This document shows, one piece after another, positions 22,513 through 35,166 of a stretch of DNA of 64,000 nucleotides. How positions within the stretch are numbered: position 1 is the stretch's first letter; each line of letters begins with the position of its first letter. The DNA comes from Eledone cirrhosa (Eukaryota), in assembly GCA_964016885.1 (NCBI GenBank), contig OZ024743.1, forward strand, positions 36,704,001-36,768,000, read 5' to 3'. A program made the position numbers and the translations under genes. Below the pieces are notes generated by a model. It had not been told where the DNA came from, did not search any database, and saw nothing but the letters and a program-made list of their open reading frames with translations.

Positions 22513-23349
22513 AAGTTGGTATTTGGAACATAACTTAACTGTGGGGAGGTCCATAAGATTATGATGGAAGGTTTTTAGATAAATATAAACACTTTTAGAT
22601 AAGCAGTTTTATATCACAGAATCAGTAGCGGTTTCAGGTATTAAAAGAGTTCGAATAGATGTGATGTTCCTAATTTTCCTAATGGCTTTGAGGATGAGAA
22701 CAACGCTTTTGCAGGGTCAACATAGATGCAAGGGAGGTAACTCTCATACATTTAGACCACTTAGATTAAAAAGGCTTAGCAAATGCTTCATTTTTTTATG
22801 TTAGGCACAAGGCCACACATTTTGGGAGAGAGTTTAGTAAAATATAACCCCAGTACTTGACCCTAGAAAGATGAAAGATCAATTTGATTTAGGTGGGATT
22901 TGAACTCAGATCGTAAAGGAGTGTAACTAAATATCACAAATAATTTTGTTCATCGCTCTAATGATTCCACCAATCTAAATAATTCTAAGATTCGCACAAA
23001 GCCATCAATTTGGTAGAAAGTGTAATTCGTAAAAATTCGTTTTCACACAAGAAAACACATAAAAATAGGTGAAGATAGGATTCCAGCTCGAATATAAGAT
23101 TTATCACTATAAACCATCCAGACAGGTTAAATACAATTCAGATTTGAGTTGCGGGAAATCCATGTTTGAAAATATTTAAGTAACAATATATAACTCAGAG
23201 CAAAAATATTATAATAATATAAAGGACCAAAACAGTTAATCGGTGAAATTCCGTTATAACGAAATTCACGGAGTATTAAAAAATTAGTTGTAACGAAAAA
23301 TTCTTTATAACGAGATCGACCGAAACAAATCGAGAGTTTGTTCGTTATT

Positions 23350-23803
23350 ACTTCTTCGGTGAAACCCTCATTAACTTTTTCAGGTTTCACTTGAAGAGGA
23401 AAATCAAGGTAGAGAGGGAAAAGTTGCCTTCCAGCCAGTTTGTTGAAAGGTGGTTGAAAGAGGTAAGCATGGCCTGAGTGAATTGGCCCGCACTGAGGGT
23501 GCGCCTGTAAATTGGAAGACGATAACTGGGACAGGGCACTTACCCTAGAGATCAGGGCACCCATCGTTTTATGGGATTTTTTCTATGAGCAGCCCTTGAA
23601 CATCTCCTCCATATTGAGGAATCCCCAATGTTAATTTTTTATTATTATTGCCTTTCTTTTATTATTGTTAAACCTGTTTACATGCAAAACCCACACACCA
23701 ACATACACACATACTCTATATTTTCACCGTGTGTCGTTATAAGGTTTTTTATTGATGTTAACATTGCGGTGAATTTAAAAAAATCATTATTATTATTATT
23801 ATT
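23350..23803 (+). mobile_element. 5'-truncated Tx1 relative (ORF2 C-terminus, 3' UTR, (ATT)n tail)
   Basis: Encodes LINFFRFHLKRKIKVEREKLPSSQFVERW, homologous to the ORF2 end of copies A and B. Tail at 23786-23803. Confidence 0.85.
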
Positions 23804-23975
23804 AGAGGATCGCCCCACTACCTTCTTTTGGCTGGTAACGGCAGGAAGTTTTCCTCTATCTGGTGGTGGTAGCGAAAGAGGTTGTATGGTCGACCAAGCT
23901 GAAAGGACCGAAGACAGACACTTTTCTCTTCGGTCAATACCTTATCAACTTTTTCAAGTTTCACTTGGAAAGGAA
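23804..23975 (+). mobile_element. Second Tx1 ORF2 C-terminal fragment, directly after the (ATT)n tail
   Basis: GAGGATCGCCCC...CAACTTTTTCAAGTTTCACTTGGAAAGGA aligns to ~5018-5188. Cut off near the Helitron end. Confidence 0.8.
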
Positions 23976-23992
23976 TTGAACTAGATATTGAA

Positions 23993-24124
23993 CTAGCTGA
24001 TATACCCAGCTTCGCCCGGGTAAACAGATGATAAGAGAAGACAGGTAGAAGAGAAAGCGACTGTATTTGGTGTTTGTCTGGATTACAGTATGAGGCGAGA
24101 TCGTAGTGTGTGTGCGTGTGTGTG

Positions 24125-24206
<82 letters not shown>

Positions 24207-24615
24207 ATATCTTCCAGGTGCACCAAACTCTTCGTTTTACCGATCGTGCATAATATATGAAGATTTCTAGGTGTTTCCACTCGTGAACAACCTACATATA
24301 ACTGTCCATGGGAAAAAAGTGATTCTCTTGTATTAAATTCTATAATTTTGAAACTCTGAGCCTGAGCCTTATTTATGGTCAGAGCAAAACTGGCTCTAAC
24401 AGAGAACTGAAGTCTTGAGAATTTGAATGGCAGCTCAGTAGAGGAAGAGATGAGAGGAATCTTGGGAATAAATGCATTTTCTCCTTGGTGATTGCCTCCA
24501 AGAATAGTGACCTTTAGGAGATGGTCCATCTTCCGCCTGACTGTAAAGCGTGTGTCATTGCATAGATGTGGCTGGTCCAGGTTTCTCAAAAAGATGATGG
24601 AAGTTCCAATCTTTT
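23993..24615 (-). mobile_element. Helitron 3' fragment (PIF1-like helicase C-terminus and canonical 3' end)
   Basis: LRNLDQPHLCNDTR...PFKFSRLQFSVRASFALTINKAQAQS...FSHGQLYVGCSRV. The minus strand ends in an imperfect hairpin CCCGGGCGAAGCTGGG followed by CTAG|T at 23993. Confidence 0.88.
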
Positions 24616-25566
24616 ATATTATATCATATATAGATATAGATAATTATATCTAAATGTGTGTGTGTGTGTGTGCGTGTGTGTGTGTGTACGTGTGTGTGTA
24701 CGTGTGTGTGTGTGTAAACTAACGTTCGAATCGGTGCCACTGGCCGGTAAATATGATCATCACCAACAACAAACGCGCAGAGAGAATCCCTTATGGTTAA
24801 TTCCCAACCTGCTAGAAATAGCAGCCAGGCTGATTAGCATACCTGGGATGTTTTTCTTCTTCTTTGATGTTATAAATTTAGTATCAATAAACCGTCCTGG
24901 ATATACCCTTATTCCATTGCTGTACTTACTTTTCGATTGTCACTTTTCGTTTTTGTGTGATGCACGAAGTAACCGACAAAAAAAAAAAAAAATCTCACTT
25001 TTATATTATGTATAGATGAGTTGGCGTGATACTTTTCATTTTCACCGCACAACCTACAAAATTTACCAAACGCAGCATGATGTCACCCTTGGTCTATAAA
25101 AAGGTAAAACAGACAGTGGCTAGCCTTTTAGTATCGTTCAATCAGACATTATGGTAAGCTAGCGGACTGCTATTTTTTCTCTAGCCATTTGGGCCAGCAA
25201 GGCAGACAGCTTATCACAGCTATCTCTAGCTCTCTTGCATCTGTTAACATACATCTTTAGCCTGCACCAGACCACCTCGCCTGCACATCATCTGAGTCTT
25301 CATTGTAACACATTGAATTTCTCAGACACTCAATACAATCTTTCAATATAACCATCGAACATTCAGGCCCGCCACCGGGCATTGATGCCCAGATGCTTCA
25401 TAAGATTCTAAGTGGGCACTTTTATGTAAGGAATGCATTTCAGGGCGTTTATTATTATCATATTTTTTTATATAAATTCTATATTCTAAATGTGATGGTG
25501 CTCCATTGAAAAGTAGTATGACTGTGCCATTCTGTGTCCCGCCATAACAACCGAACCGTGTATATT

Positions 25567-26060
25567 TGTAGTGAAATTTCTTCACATACTGACCCCCGAA
25601 TGACATCTAGCTGCCATTTCTATTTTATCTGGGTTGGTGTCAGTGGCCTGGATTGGCCGGTTAGCTCGAGGTGAAAGCGAGATAAGTTCTTCTTTCACTC
25701 ATTCGATTCTGGTTCCTCGAAAGGGAAGCATCACTTCGACCTGCTCAAGTGGCGAGATATAGCGCTTAACAAAACGAGGCTCAAACAGCAATTTTTCTAT
25801 CGACATTTCAACTACACACAGAAAATCATACAGCCCCTTTGCACTGTGAGCTTACTGCTACCTATGCTGGTAAGTACATCATGAAACAACTTGTCACTTT
25901 GTAATCGAACGTAACACAATACACATATTCTTTTTCCTTTATAAAGAAGTGAAATAAAGTTATATCTCTAACCAAAATTATTGTATTTGTCATGTTTATA
26001 CATCCTCTTTCATAACACCATACCAAAACTTCACTTCACATTCACTTACATTTTATTCAT
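25567..26060. repeat. Older LTR-like repeat, copy 1
   Basis: Begins TGTAG. The first ~220 bp align with many mismatches to 28364-28590 (CACATACTGACCCCCGAATGA...GAAGCATCACTTCGAC...CTTAACAAAA). The 3' boundary is approximate. Confidence 0.55.
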
Positions 26061-26074
26061 AGCCCCTATGGGTG

Positions 26075-28337
26075 TGTAGTGACCTACATTCCGCGGGCTC
26101 ACATACATTCTCTGTGCGTGATTTGGCTCAGCTCAGCCATTCAGCGCCAGTAGAAGAGGATGTATCCCTACGCGTCCTGAGGGAGAAATTACTCGCGAAG
26201 ATTTGAAGAATCTCTCTCTCGCACCAGGAACTTCGAACCAGCAACACGTACATGTGACGGTGAGATATTGCTCCCTAGCCTGCCGGCTTTCCGGGGCAAT
26301 GGCACATTCCCTTTTGTAACTTTATTTTATGTGTAACTTCAACCATACAAGTTAACCAACATTATTTGTGCTACAACAAAAATAAACATACATTTCATCT
26401 CTAATTTCTGCTGTTGACGTCATTATTATGTTACTCGTGTCTCAATAACATTTATAATCTATGCTGCTAAATTGGTGACCTGGCGTGAGGAATATTGTAA
26501 ATACAAAATATTCCTTTTAAAATTTTTAAAAGATTAGCAGTATTTCAAAAACTTTTCGCCACGAGGAAATTTCAAAATGACTACCGACAAGTCCTGTCTA
26601 CAATCAACAACAACAACAGCAGCAGCAACAGCGACAACATTGTTTAACCACTAACCAACAACAGGGAATAGTGATATGGCAGCTTCATAGCCTTACCGAC
26701 GCAACCACCACACATCATATTGTTTACTTCTATGCTTTCACATGTATTTTCAAAATTATAGCCCGGAGACATTTTTTTTTTCTTTCGATACGGCTTCCTG
26801 CAATACAAACAAGCAACACAACCTTATGTCACACAAGGTGGCAGGACGGTAAAATGGCCACGAAAACTCTCAAAAACAATATACATCTAACCCCTAGTGA
26901 CATTAACAAACTTCTTTTTCAGTTTTCAGATAGAACTAGTGTCAGAAAGTCTGTACACTGGTGATGTGTGAACTATTTGACTTTGAAAAACTTTGAACTT
27001 ATCATTGAGCATTAATTTCTCTGCTCCCTTATATTGACTTTGAATTATCAGTTTGTTACATTCACATATTTCTTTGTAAAAGGCATTTACTTGTTTTGTG
27101 CTCTTTTGCTATTTGCTTGCTCATGGTTTTTATTCATTCACATTCTTTGCTGTTTTACATGCCTGCATATGCACACATTTCTTTGTCACCTACCAACATG
27201 TTGTTCTTAGTATATGTTCTTCAAACGTAATATTCTGCGAGATCCCTTTTCACCTGGTTGAGGTGCCGTCACATGCTAGCGACTCATAGAGCTTAATCCA
27301 CCTGGATTCAAACAGGCACCGCAACACGAGAATGCTAATTGCAGCTGAACTCAAACAGTTTCGCATCTCGTTGCACACTCATCGTCCATAACAACCTCTA
27401 TGTTGTTACCTTACCCAACTCACTGGGAAAACAACAAATAGAACTGGACTTGTCAGCATTTCCACCACTTCTGTGGATTCGCCCGAATTATGGAACTGCA
27501 ACCCACCTACAGATTCAACTTGCTTTTTTTCTTTTCAAAGCAACCAGCCATTTTTTCCTGGCTCCCTAGCACATTCGGCAATACATCTGGGAGGCCAACA
27601 TTTTCTCGCCTACCCATCATCTTCTTGCCAGCACTGGTAAACTACCATAATAGCTTCATCCACAGCTACTGGTACAACACTTACCATTAACATTTAATGC
27701 AAGAACAGCAACTTCGCCCATGTCAGACATTATCCGTTTTCTGTTAGACCTTTGGTGGTCACGTATAAACTACAAAACAGCTAGTCATTTGACACAGCGG
27801 CTCAACACGGCCCTTAGCGCCTCATTTTTTTTTCTTGCATGCATCCTTCTGCTCAATTATTTTTTCACTGATGTGCTCTTTCAGCATTTGTTCTTGCTGA
27901 TTCAATAATCTGTATCGACTTCTGTCTAGGAGGGGAGTATTGTAGTGACCTACATTCCGCGGGCTCACATACATTCTCTGTGCGTGATTTGGCTCAGCTC
28001 AGCCAATCAGCGCCAGTAGAAGAGGATGTATCCCTACGCGTCCTGGGGGAGAAATTACCCGCGAAGATTTGAAGAATCTCTCTCTCGCACCAGGAACTTC
28101 GAACCGGCAACACGTACATGTGACGGTGAGATATTGCTCCCTAGCCTGCCGGCTTTCCGGGGCAATGGCACATTCCCTTTTGTAACCTTATTTTATGTGT
28201 AACTTCAACCATACAAGTTAACCAACATTATTTGTGCTACAACAAAAATAAACATACATTTCACCTCTAATTTCTGCTGTTGACGTCATTATTATGTTAC
28301 TCGTGTCTCAATAACATTTATAATCTATGCTGCTAAA
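26075..28337 (+). mobile_element. Non-autonomous LTR retrotransposon (Gypsy-like) with two 397-bp LTRs
   Basis: LTRs at 26075-26471 and 27941-28337 with about 6 substitutions. PBS-like TGGTGACC at 26473. Polypurine tract AGGAGGGGAG just before 27941. The ~1.47-kb interior has no long ORF, only a possible gag trace (SIRLPAIQTSNTTL). Confidence 0.9.
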
Positions 28338-28363
28338 TTGTATATAGTACATACGTGGGCATA

Positions 28364-28730
28364 TGTAGCGAAATCTCTTCGCACATACTGACCCCCGAAT
28401 GAGATCTGGCTGCTAGTTCTCTTTATCTCGGTTAGCGTCAGTAGTGTGGAGAGGCTGGCCAGCTTGAGGTGAAGTGAGATTAGTTATTTTTTTCTTTGGG
28501 TCATTCCACTCTGGTTCCTCGGAAGAGAAGCATCACTTCGACTTGCTCAAGCAAGTAGCGAGATGTAGCACTTAACAAAAAGACTCCGACCCTGTCGACA
28601 AGGGCCCGACAGCAATTCTTCCAACGGCACTTCTGAAGCCAAGCTGGTTAGTAGTTATCATTAGAAGAAATAACACGAATAGCTGGTTTACTTTTGATAT
28701 AAAAGATTTACTTCACTTCACTTCACAAAT
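28364..28730. repeat. Older LTR-like repeat, copy 2
   Basis: Diverged direct repeat of 25567 onward; begins TGTAG. Confidence 0.55.
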
Positions 28731-29564
28731 GAACAAAGAATAGGTTACTAAGAGTTATAACGGTTGAAGATGTTTTTGATGTTGGTGTAGTCTGTGGCCA
28801 GAGAAGAGGAGGAGTCCGTAGACCAGGAGAGAAAGTAAAGGGTTTGGAGAAGTCTGTAGACCCCAGGGGCCTGTAGTTAGAGGTGAATGTCTTGCATAGC
28901 TATTCTCTCGTGTACTGCTCCGATCTCCTGTTGCTTGGTCTGATGCAGGCTATTCATACCTGTCGTTTTCTGTTTCCCGCCTCGAGGGATTGTCCACGCA
29001 TGAACTTGTTTACGCCGAAAAGGAGGTGACCCGGAATTTGACCTTTCTGTGTCACCCAGGGTTCAAGGTTTGGACAGATTTCGCTAAACTTCAACCACAC
29101 AGAGTATTATTTGCCTCTTCATATAGACAACACAGCTTCCTCTCCATTGCGTACTGCTACCTCTGCTCGTATCTACATCCTGAAACAACTTTTCACTTTT
29201 TAAGGGAACTTCGCTTCAATTTTTTACATATACAGAACGTGTATAATATGTACGCGTGCATATGTCTATGCATGCTTACGGGTGATTGGAAGGACACACA
29301 CACACACCTACATACATACATGGTGGCTGCCAACTCGTTTTCGAGTACGACCACTACTTTATATCCATGTAGGAGAACCCCTACTGATGCGCTGAACGAG
29401 TGTGACTTTTTAGTCCAGCCAGCGACTTGAAAACTCTGGTACAAACACTACACTTGTGACAACTATTGACACACAGTGTTGGGCCCATGATACCATGTGA
29501 CGACAAGTGCAGAGAGATCTCCAGATATAAAGCAATGTCTGTGCCGTGAAGCTTTTATAGTGAG

Positions 29565-30534
29565 CAAAGGCACTGCACAAAGCCAGTCCCACTCTCTTAA
29601 CCAAGATGATATTTACCAAAAAGAACAACTCAACATCATTGGATACCATCAGGGTTTCAGGTGTTATATCAGAGTTTCCCTTCTCCTAGAATTCTGCCTT
29701 GACAAAGGCTAAGGGGTCATCTCTCCCGGTGATTTTGGATGACCATTGACTCTTAAGAGCTCCTTTGCCCTTTGACAGGTTTTGTTTTTAGTCCTGCAGG
29801 ATGTCCAAAGTCACCCTCCTCACCAAGAAACCTTGGTGGGGTTGCCAGTTTAGTCGCCAACGACCCGACCATGAGACAGGTTGTACTGGGATACATGTTA
29901 CCAGTAGAACCAACTGGTCACCTGACACATACATACATACATACATACATACATACATACATACATACATACATACATACATGATGGCTACCCCCTCGTT
30001 ATCGAGTATGGCCATTGCACGATATACCATTATTAATAATTATTAATTAATTCTATCGTGCAATGCCTGTGCATAAAGATATTTTTTAAAGTGAGGAAAG
30101 ACTGTGCACTGAACCAATCCCACTCTCTGAGCGACAGTAGCTATAACCCGAAAAGAAGAAAAGATCAACATCATTGGTAACTACTGAGCCGCAGGTTTTA
30201 TATCGGAGTTATCCCAGTTTCCTGAGTTGCCTTCTCCTAGAAGAATGCCCTAACAAAGGCTAGGGGTCCTTCACTCCCACTGGTTTAACCGCGCGGTATA
30301 TGTGTATATACATATTTACACACTTTTGGATGGCCGTTGACTATTATGAGTTCTTCCGCCCTTTGTCAGGTTTTGTTTTTTTGTCCTGCAGGGTGTCCAA
30401 AATTACCTCCTCACCAAGTAAACTTGGTGGGGTTGCCGGTTTTGTCGCCGACGACTCGACCATGCGACAGGTTGTACTGGGTTACATATTATCAGTAGCA
30501 CTCAAGAGTGACCCGACATAACATACATACATAC
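29565..30534. repeat. Two diverged direct copies (~29565-29925 and ~30103-30520) of a retroelement-like segment, each ending at (ACAT)n
   Basis: Shared CCTTCTCCTAGAA...ACAAAGGCTA and CAGGTTTTG...CCTCCTCACCAAG...TTGGTGGGGTTGCC...GACAGGTTGTACTGG. Family not assigned. Confidence 0.65.
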
Positions 30535-30689
30535 GGGATTATTGTGGCTCTGTAATATGTTACTAACTGCTTCAATACAAATCTTGAGAAGCTGGATTTC
30601 ACAGAACCAGTTTAGTTAGGAAATTACAAGTACAATCCATTAATGGAATAGTAAAAATATGTAATACATACATGCATACAATCTCTGCG

Positions 30690-32250
30690 CACAAAAAACA
30701 ATGACTCACAATTTGTTTGCTGCGGCTGTCCTAACACCAACGTTTGGAATACTCGATTGGACGATAGATTAAATCCGAGCTATTGATGTTAAAACCTAAA
30801 AAATCCTAAACAACACCGGAAACTTCCACATCAACAGTGACATAGCCCGTTTCTACTTGAAATGTGAGTAGAGAGGCAGAGGCCCAACATCAGTCCAGAC
30901 AGCATTTGAGTGTCGCATCATATCCCTCCGATGACATCTACAAACCACCAAGCGTAGGAGCCCATCTATTTAGCAAGACTGTCTGCATGAGGTAGATAAG
31001 ATCATGAGAGTTTGGAAGGAACTCCTTGAAAAATACTCATTACATGGTAATCAAAAACTCACACCTAGGGAAATTGCCAAGCAATACCGCAATGAATCCA
31101 TGGATGAAAAACTGCATGTTTATCAGCAAAAAATCATGCACGGATATGTTACCAGGAGGCTCCAGAGTGAGAGTAATATAAATAAGCAAAGTAGTCTATC
31201 TTGGACCAACAACCGTTACCTCTCACTTTGATGGATATGCTTTTGCAATCCAAGATCAAGAAATCAATACAAAATACCTGATTCACAAAAAGATTGGGAT
31301 GCAGGCAAAACACCTGGATGTGACAAGTGCAGACTCTGTAGAATTAACATCGAAGATGTCACCCATGTCATAAGTAGCTGTCCAAAGATGTCATTTCGGT
31401 ACTCTCTACCTATGAGGCATGATGTAGTGGCCAAAACACTGTACAATGCAATCCGTAGAAAAGATAACCCCGACAATAAACATGTTAAAAGCTACAGCAA
31501 TGTGAAAGACATACATATATATAATATGAAAGAGTACTGGTGGTACGTTCTAGTCAAAACCCGAGTAAAATGCAAACATAACAGTAAAAAGCAAAAAAAA
31601 AAACAAACAAAAACAATCAAACAAACAAAAAAACAGACCAGATATAATGATATGGGACGGGGGAAAGAAGGCATGCACAGTAGTGGAATTTAGCTACCCA
31701 GCAGATGCCAATATCATATTAAAGATTAACGAAAAGGAGAATATCTATGCAGAACTAATGAGAAATCTGCAGATACTCCACCTTGACTATATCTTCAGAT
31801 TTATACCTGATTATCGGGGCACTGGAATATTTTTGTAACTGCCCTAGTAAAAATCTTGAGAAGCTGAGCTTCACAGAACCAGAAAGAACACGACTAGTTA
31901 GGAAATTACAAGTACAATCCATTAATGGAACAGTAAAAATATGTAAAACATTCCAAAAATTCTGCATGTAATAACTGCATATACACATGTACAGATACAA
32001 AGCATATACATATGCACACATACAACTAAAAACATCCACATCCACACATACAATAACATCCATATCTGCACACACATGCATGCAGGCATATCTACCTAGT
32101 TGATGTTGTCTAAATTCCAATGAAAGAGTCTTGTGTTTATGTTAGAAACCGACCCTCTCTCTATTGGTAAAAATTTATAAAATTATAAAACCAGAAGAAC
32201 ATACATATATGAAGAACATACATATAAAACCAGAACATACATACATATAT
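30690..32250 (+). mobile_element. 5'-truncated, degenerate R4/Dong-like non-LTR retrotransposon (restriction-like endonuclease)
   Basis: GNFHINSDIARFYL..RGRG, CRLC...HVISSC (CCHC), RHDVV, PDIMIWD...VEF, and K...Y..L motifs, broken by stops and frameshifts. A short second fragment lies at 30535-30663. Confidence 0.8.
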
Positions 32251-33699
32251 GTATGTGTGCATGCATACATACATACATACATACATACATGCATGGATGC
32301 ATGCATGCATGCATGCATACATACATACATACATACATACATACATACATACATACATACATACATACATACATGCATGCATGCATGCATGCAAAAGGCC
32401 GGACTCGAAATATCTTTTTAATATTGCAATAAGAACTAGTCATGTAAGAGTTTTTTTAAATAAATATCCCTGTAAATATATATTTACACACAGACACACA
32501 CACATACGTGTGTCCGTGACTAGAAAGAACTCAGCCACAGGTGGGATATGAGTAATTTGTAAATTCTGTCCCTTAGTGGATTCCATAGTTGTTATCAAGC
32601 CCAAACACTTGCTCTGAAACATTCACGTAAAGAGAGTATGAGAGAGAGGGGGTAATGGTCCATTATCGTTCCCTTGTCACAACAGCCAGCACTCTCGGCG
32701 ATATCTTATCTGGCATTCCGTTCTCTAGTTTACTGCTGAATACCAATTTTATAGAACGGAAACAGTCTGACCAATTGGTAGATTATTCGGTGAGTAAAGT
32801 TATATTTTTGACTTTTTCAATAAACATGTATTTTGTTGTTGTTGTTATTTTACTTATTCTTATTAATCCTATATGCTTCATGAATATCAGTATCACAAAC
32901 AACTCATCGCCTAGTACGACATTTGACTGTTCCCCACATCTTCCCAGAAATTCCGTTACATCTCCACCATATACTTCTTTAGACCACTACAATATCACGT
33001 ACACTACTACGCGCCACAGCGCCCCTTGCTATATCTCATCTCATCACAATCACCCACTACATCACATCAGACTACACACACTACTCTGTTTCGCTGTTAC
33101 ATCACTACACTACACCAGATCTCCACATAACCCACACCACATTCCCACTTGTCCGGAAATTAAGGTAAAAAAATGTTGCAAGAAAACTTTAATTAATGAC
33201 TAGTTTTTTGTTGTTTTTTTTAAGATATTGAATAAAATTTGACTTTTTTCACATATAATATAAATTGCGTTGTCAGTTAATAAACGACTTAAAATGTTTT
33301 ATTATAACCCTTTTTTAGTTAAGAATTGTAGTCCTAATTAAATTATAGTGTTTGTAATTTGCGATTTTTTTTTTTTGTCTATTAATCATGGTCTTTAAAC
33401 GAAATGTGACGTTTTCCCGAGCTAATATTGAACTTTTTTTTTTTTTGCTGCCTTTATTTCCGTTCATTTTGTCCATCACACACACCATATGATGTTTCTA
33501 TTAAAAACTACATTACACCCTAAGGAGATTACATCGACCTGCCTTATTGGTCGGGACGTCTCGACTGAATTGTGTTGAAGGGAGACAACCTAACTTTCTC
33601 GCTTGATACTTTTCACAATTAAGCAGTCACGTGCTCTTTTCTTTTTTTTTTTCTTTTTTTATAGGTAACATCATAATAATGATTTATTATTTTGTTTTA

Positions 33700-34270
33700 T
33701 ATAATAACAATGGTTTCTAATTTAGGCACAAGACCAGAATTTTGTGGGGAAGGGAAAAGTCCATTATATTAGTCAGTTCTTGACTGTTACTTCATTTTAT
33801 CGACTCCGAAAAAGTGACTTCAATGGGATTTTTAACACAATGTAATGAAGCGTAGATACTAAATACCACAAAGTATTATGTTCGACGAATGATATATGGT
33901 GATGAGGAAATGGTTTTTAATTTAGGCACACTGCCAGCGAATTTGTGGATAGAGGAAAGTCGGTTAAATCAACCCAGTCGGTACTTGACTGGTACTGCGT
34001 TTTATAGACTTCGAAAGAATGAAAGGCTAAATTGACATCGGCAGGTTTTTTAACAAAGCATTAATAAGAAAACATTCTAATTTCGTCCAAAGTCCGTACA
34101 TTTGTGGGAGGTGGTGTAAAATGATATGTCGACCCCAATACTCGGCTGACACTTGGTTTCTAACATAAGCACAATGGCATAAATTTGGGAAATTTTTTTA
34201 AATCAATTAAATTGACACGAGTACTATTTTCATTTATTTTTTGTCGATCCATGAAGGATGAAGTCTATAC
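33700..34270 (-). mobile_element. Cluster of degenerate SINE copies, antisense
   Basis: Repeated GGTTTCTAATTTAGGCACAAG...TTTTATCGAC, the reverse complement of the SINE 3' half. Confidence 0.6.
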
Positions 34271-35166
34271 TGTCTACTGAAATACCGTAATTTATCAGCA
34301 AATTATATTTTGTAGCTCGTGGCATTTTAGTCGTTCGAAGGCAGTGGGCCGCTGTCAACGAGGTTTGTGCCATTATATGAGCTCGTCTTACTGAGGTATC
34401 AGGGTGACTGACGCACATTAGGGTGCTTGACTATTCTAGCGCCTTAGCCACGTTATTACCTATAGAAATGCTGTGATTGTCTTGGCTTGCCTCAAAGAAA
34501 ACACCAGCACTGTTATAACATGTAAATGAGTTTGACGTCTTCTCGTTTTCTTCTTCAAATTGTTAATTTGATAATTATGTAGTATCATTAATATATTTAG
34601 AATTTGAAATGTTTAAAATCTGTCTCGCCGAACTACAGGTCCAAGATTTGAATTTGGATCTCATGCATTTTTGTACAGGAGAAATTAAGTTGAATGTTGC
34701 AATGGACTAACAATCCTAAAATAAACTCTTCTGTCGATTACTATAAAAGGCCCCGTGACCCAGAACTAAAAGTCGGTTGATAATACATTTCTCTCAATAT
34801 TAATTGACGATACAACAAAGATCAAATCTTGAATGTAAATTTGCTAAATACTTGTCAGGTATATGACTAGAAATTTGTAATGATGGAGGCAATATACTCA
34901 GTATATTACTTGTTTTTATTTTCTCAACTGCTGGGAGGTGGGGAGACAAGACAGACAAAATAGGTTTTCTGTTTATTGATCTGAATGTGTATGACATTTG
35001 CAGTAAGGCCAAGGTGCTGCGTTACTACTAAACCACCTGGTCATGAGTTCAAACCTCATTACAGATAGTGTGTTGTGCCAAGAAGCAAGGTGTATAAGCA
35101 CTTCTTGATATATTAAAGAGTTCATTATACTGTAAAAACATTGTTCTGTTAAAATTGTGCGTGTGC

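Noticed and set aside
24125-24589. Host PIF1 helicase gene
   Set aside because: It is a fragment with degenerate motifs (KAQAQS, NDTR), no exon structure, and an adjacent Helitron terminus.
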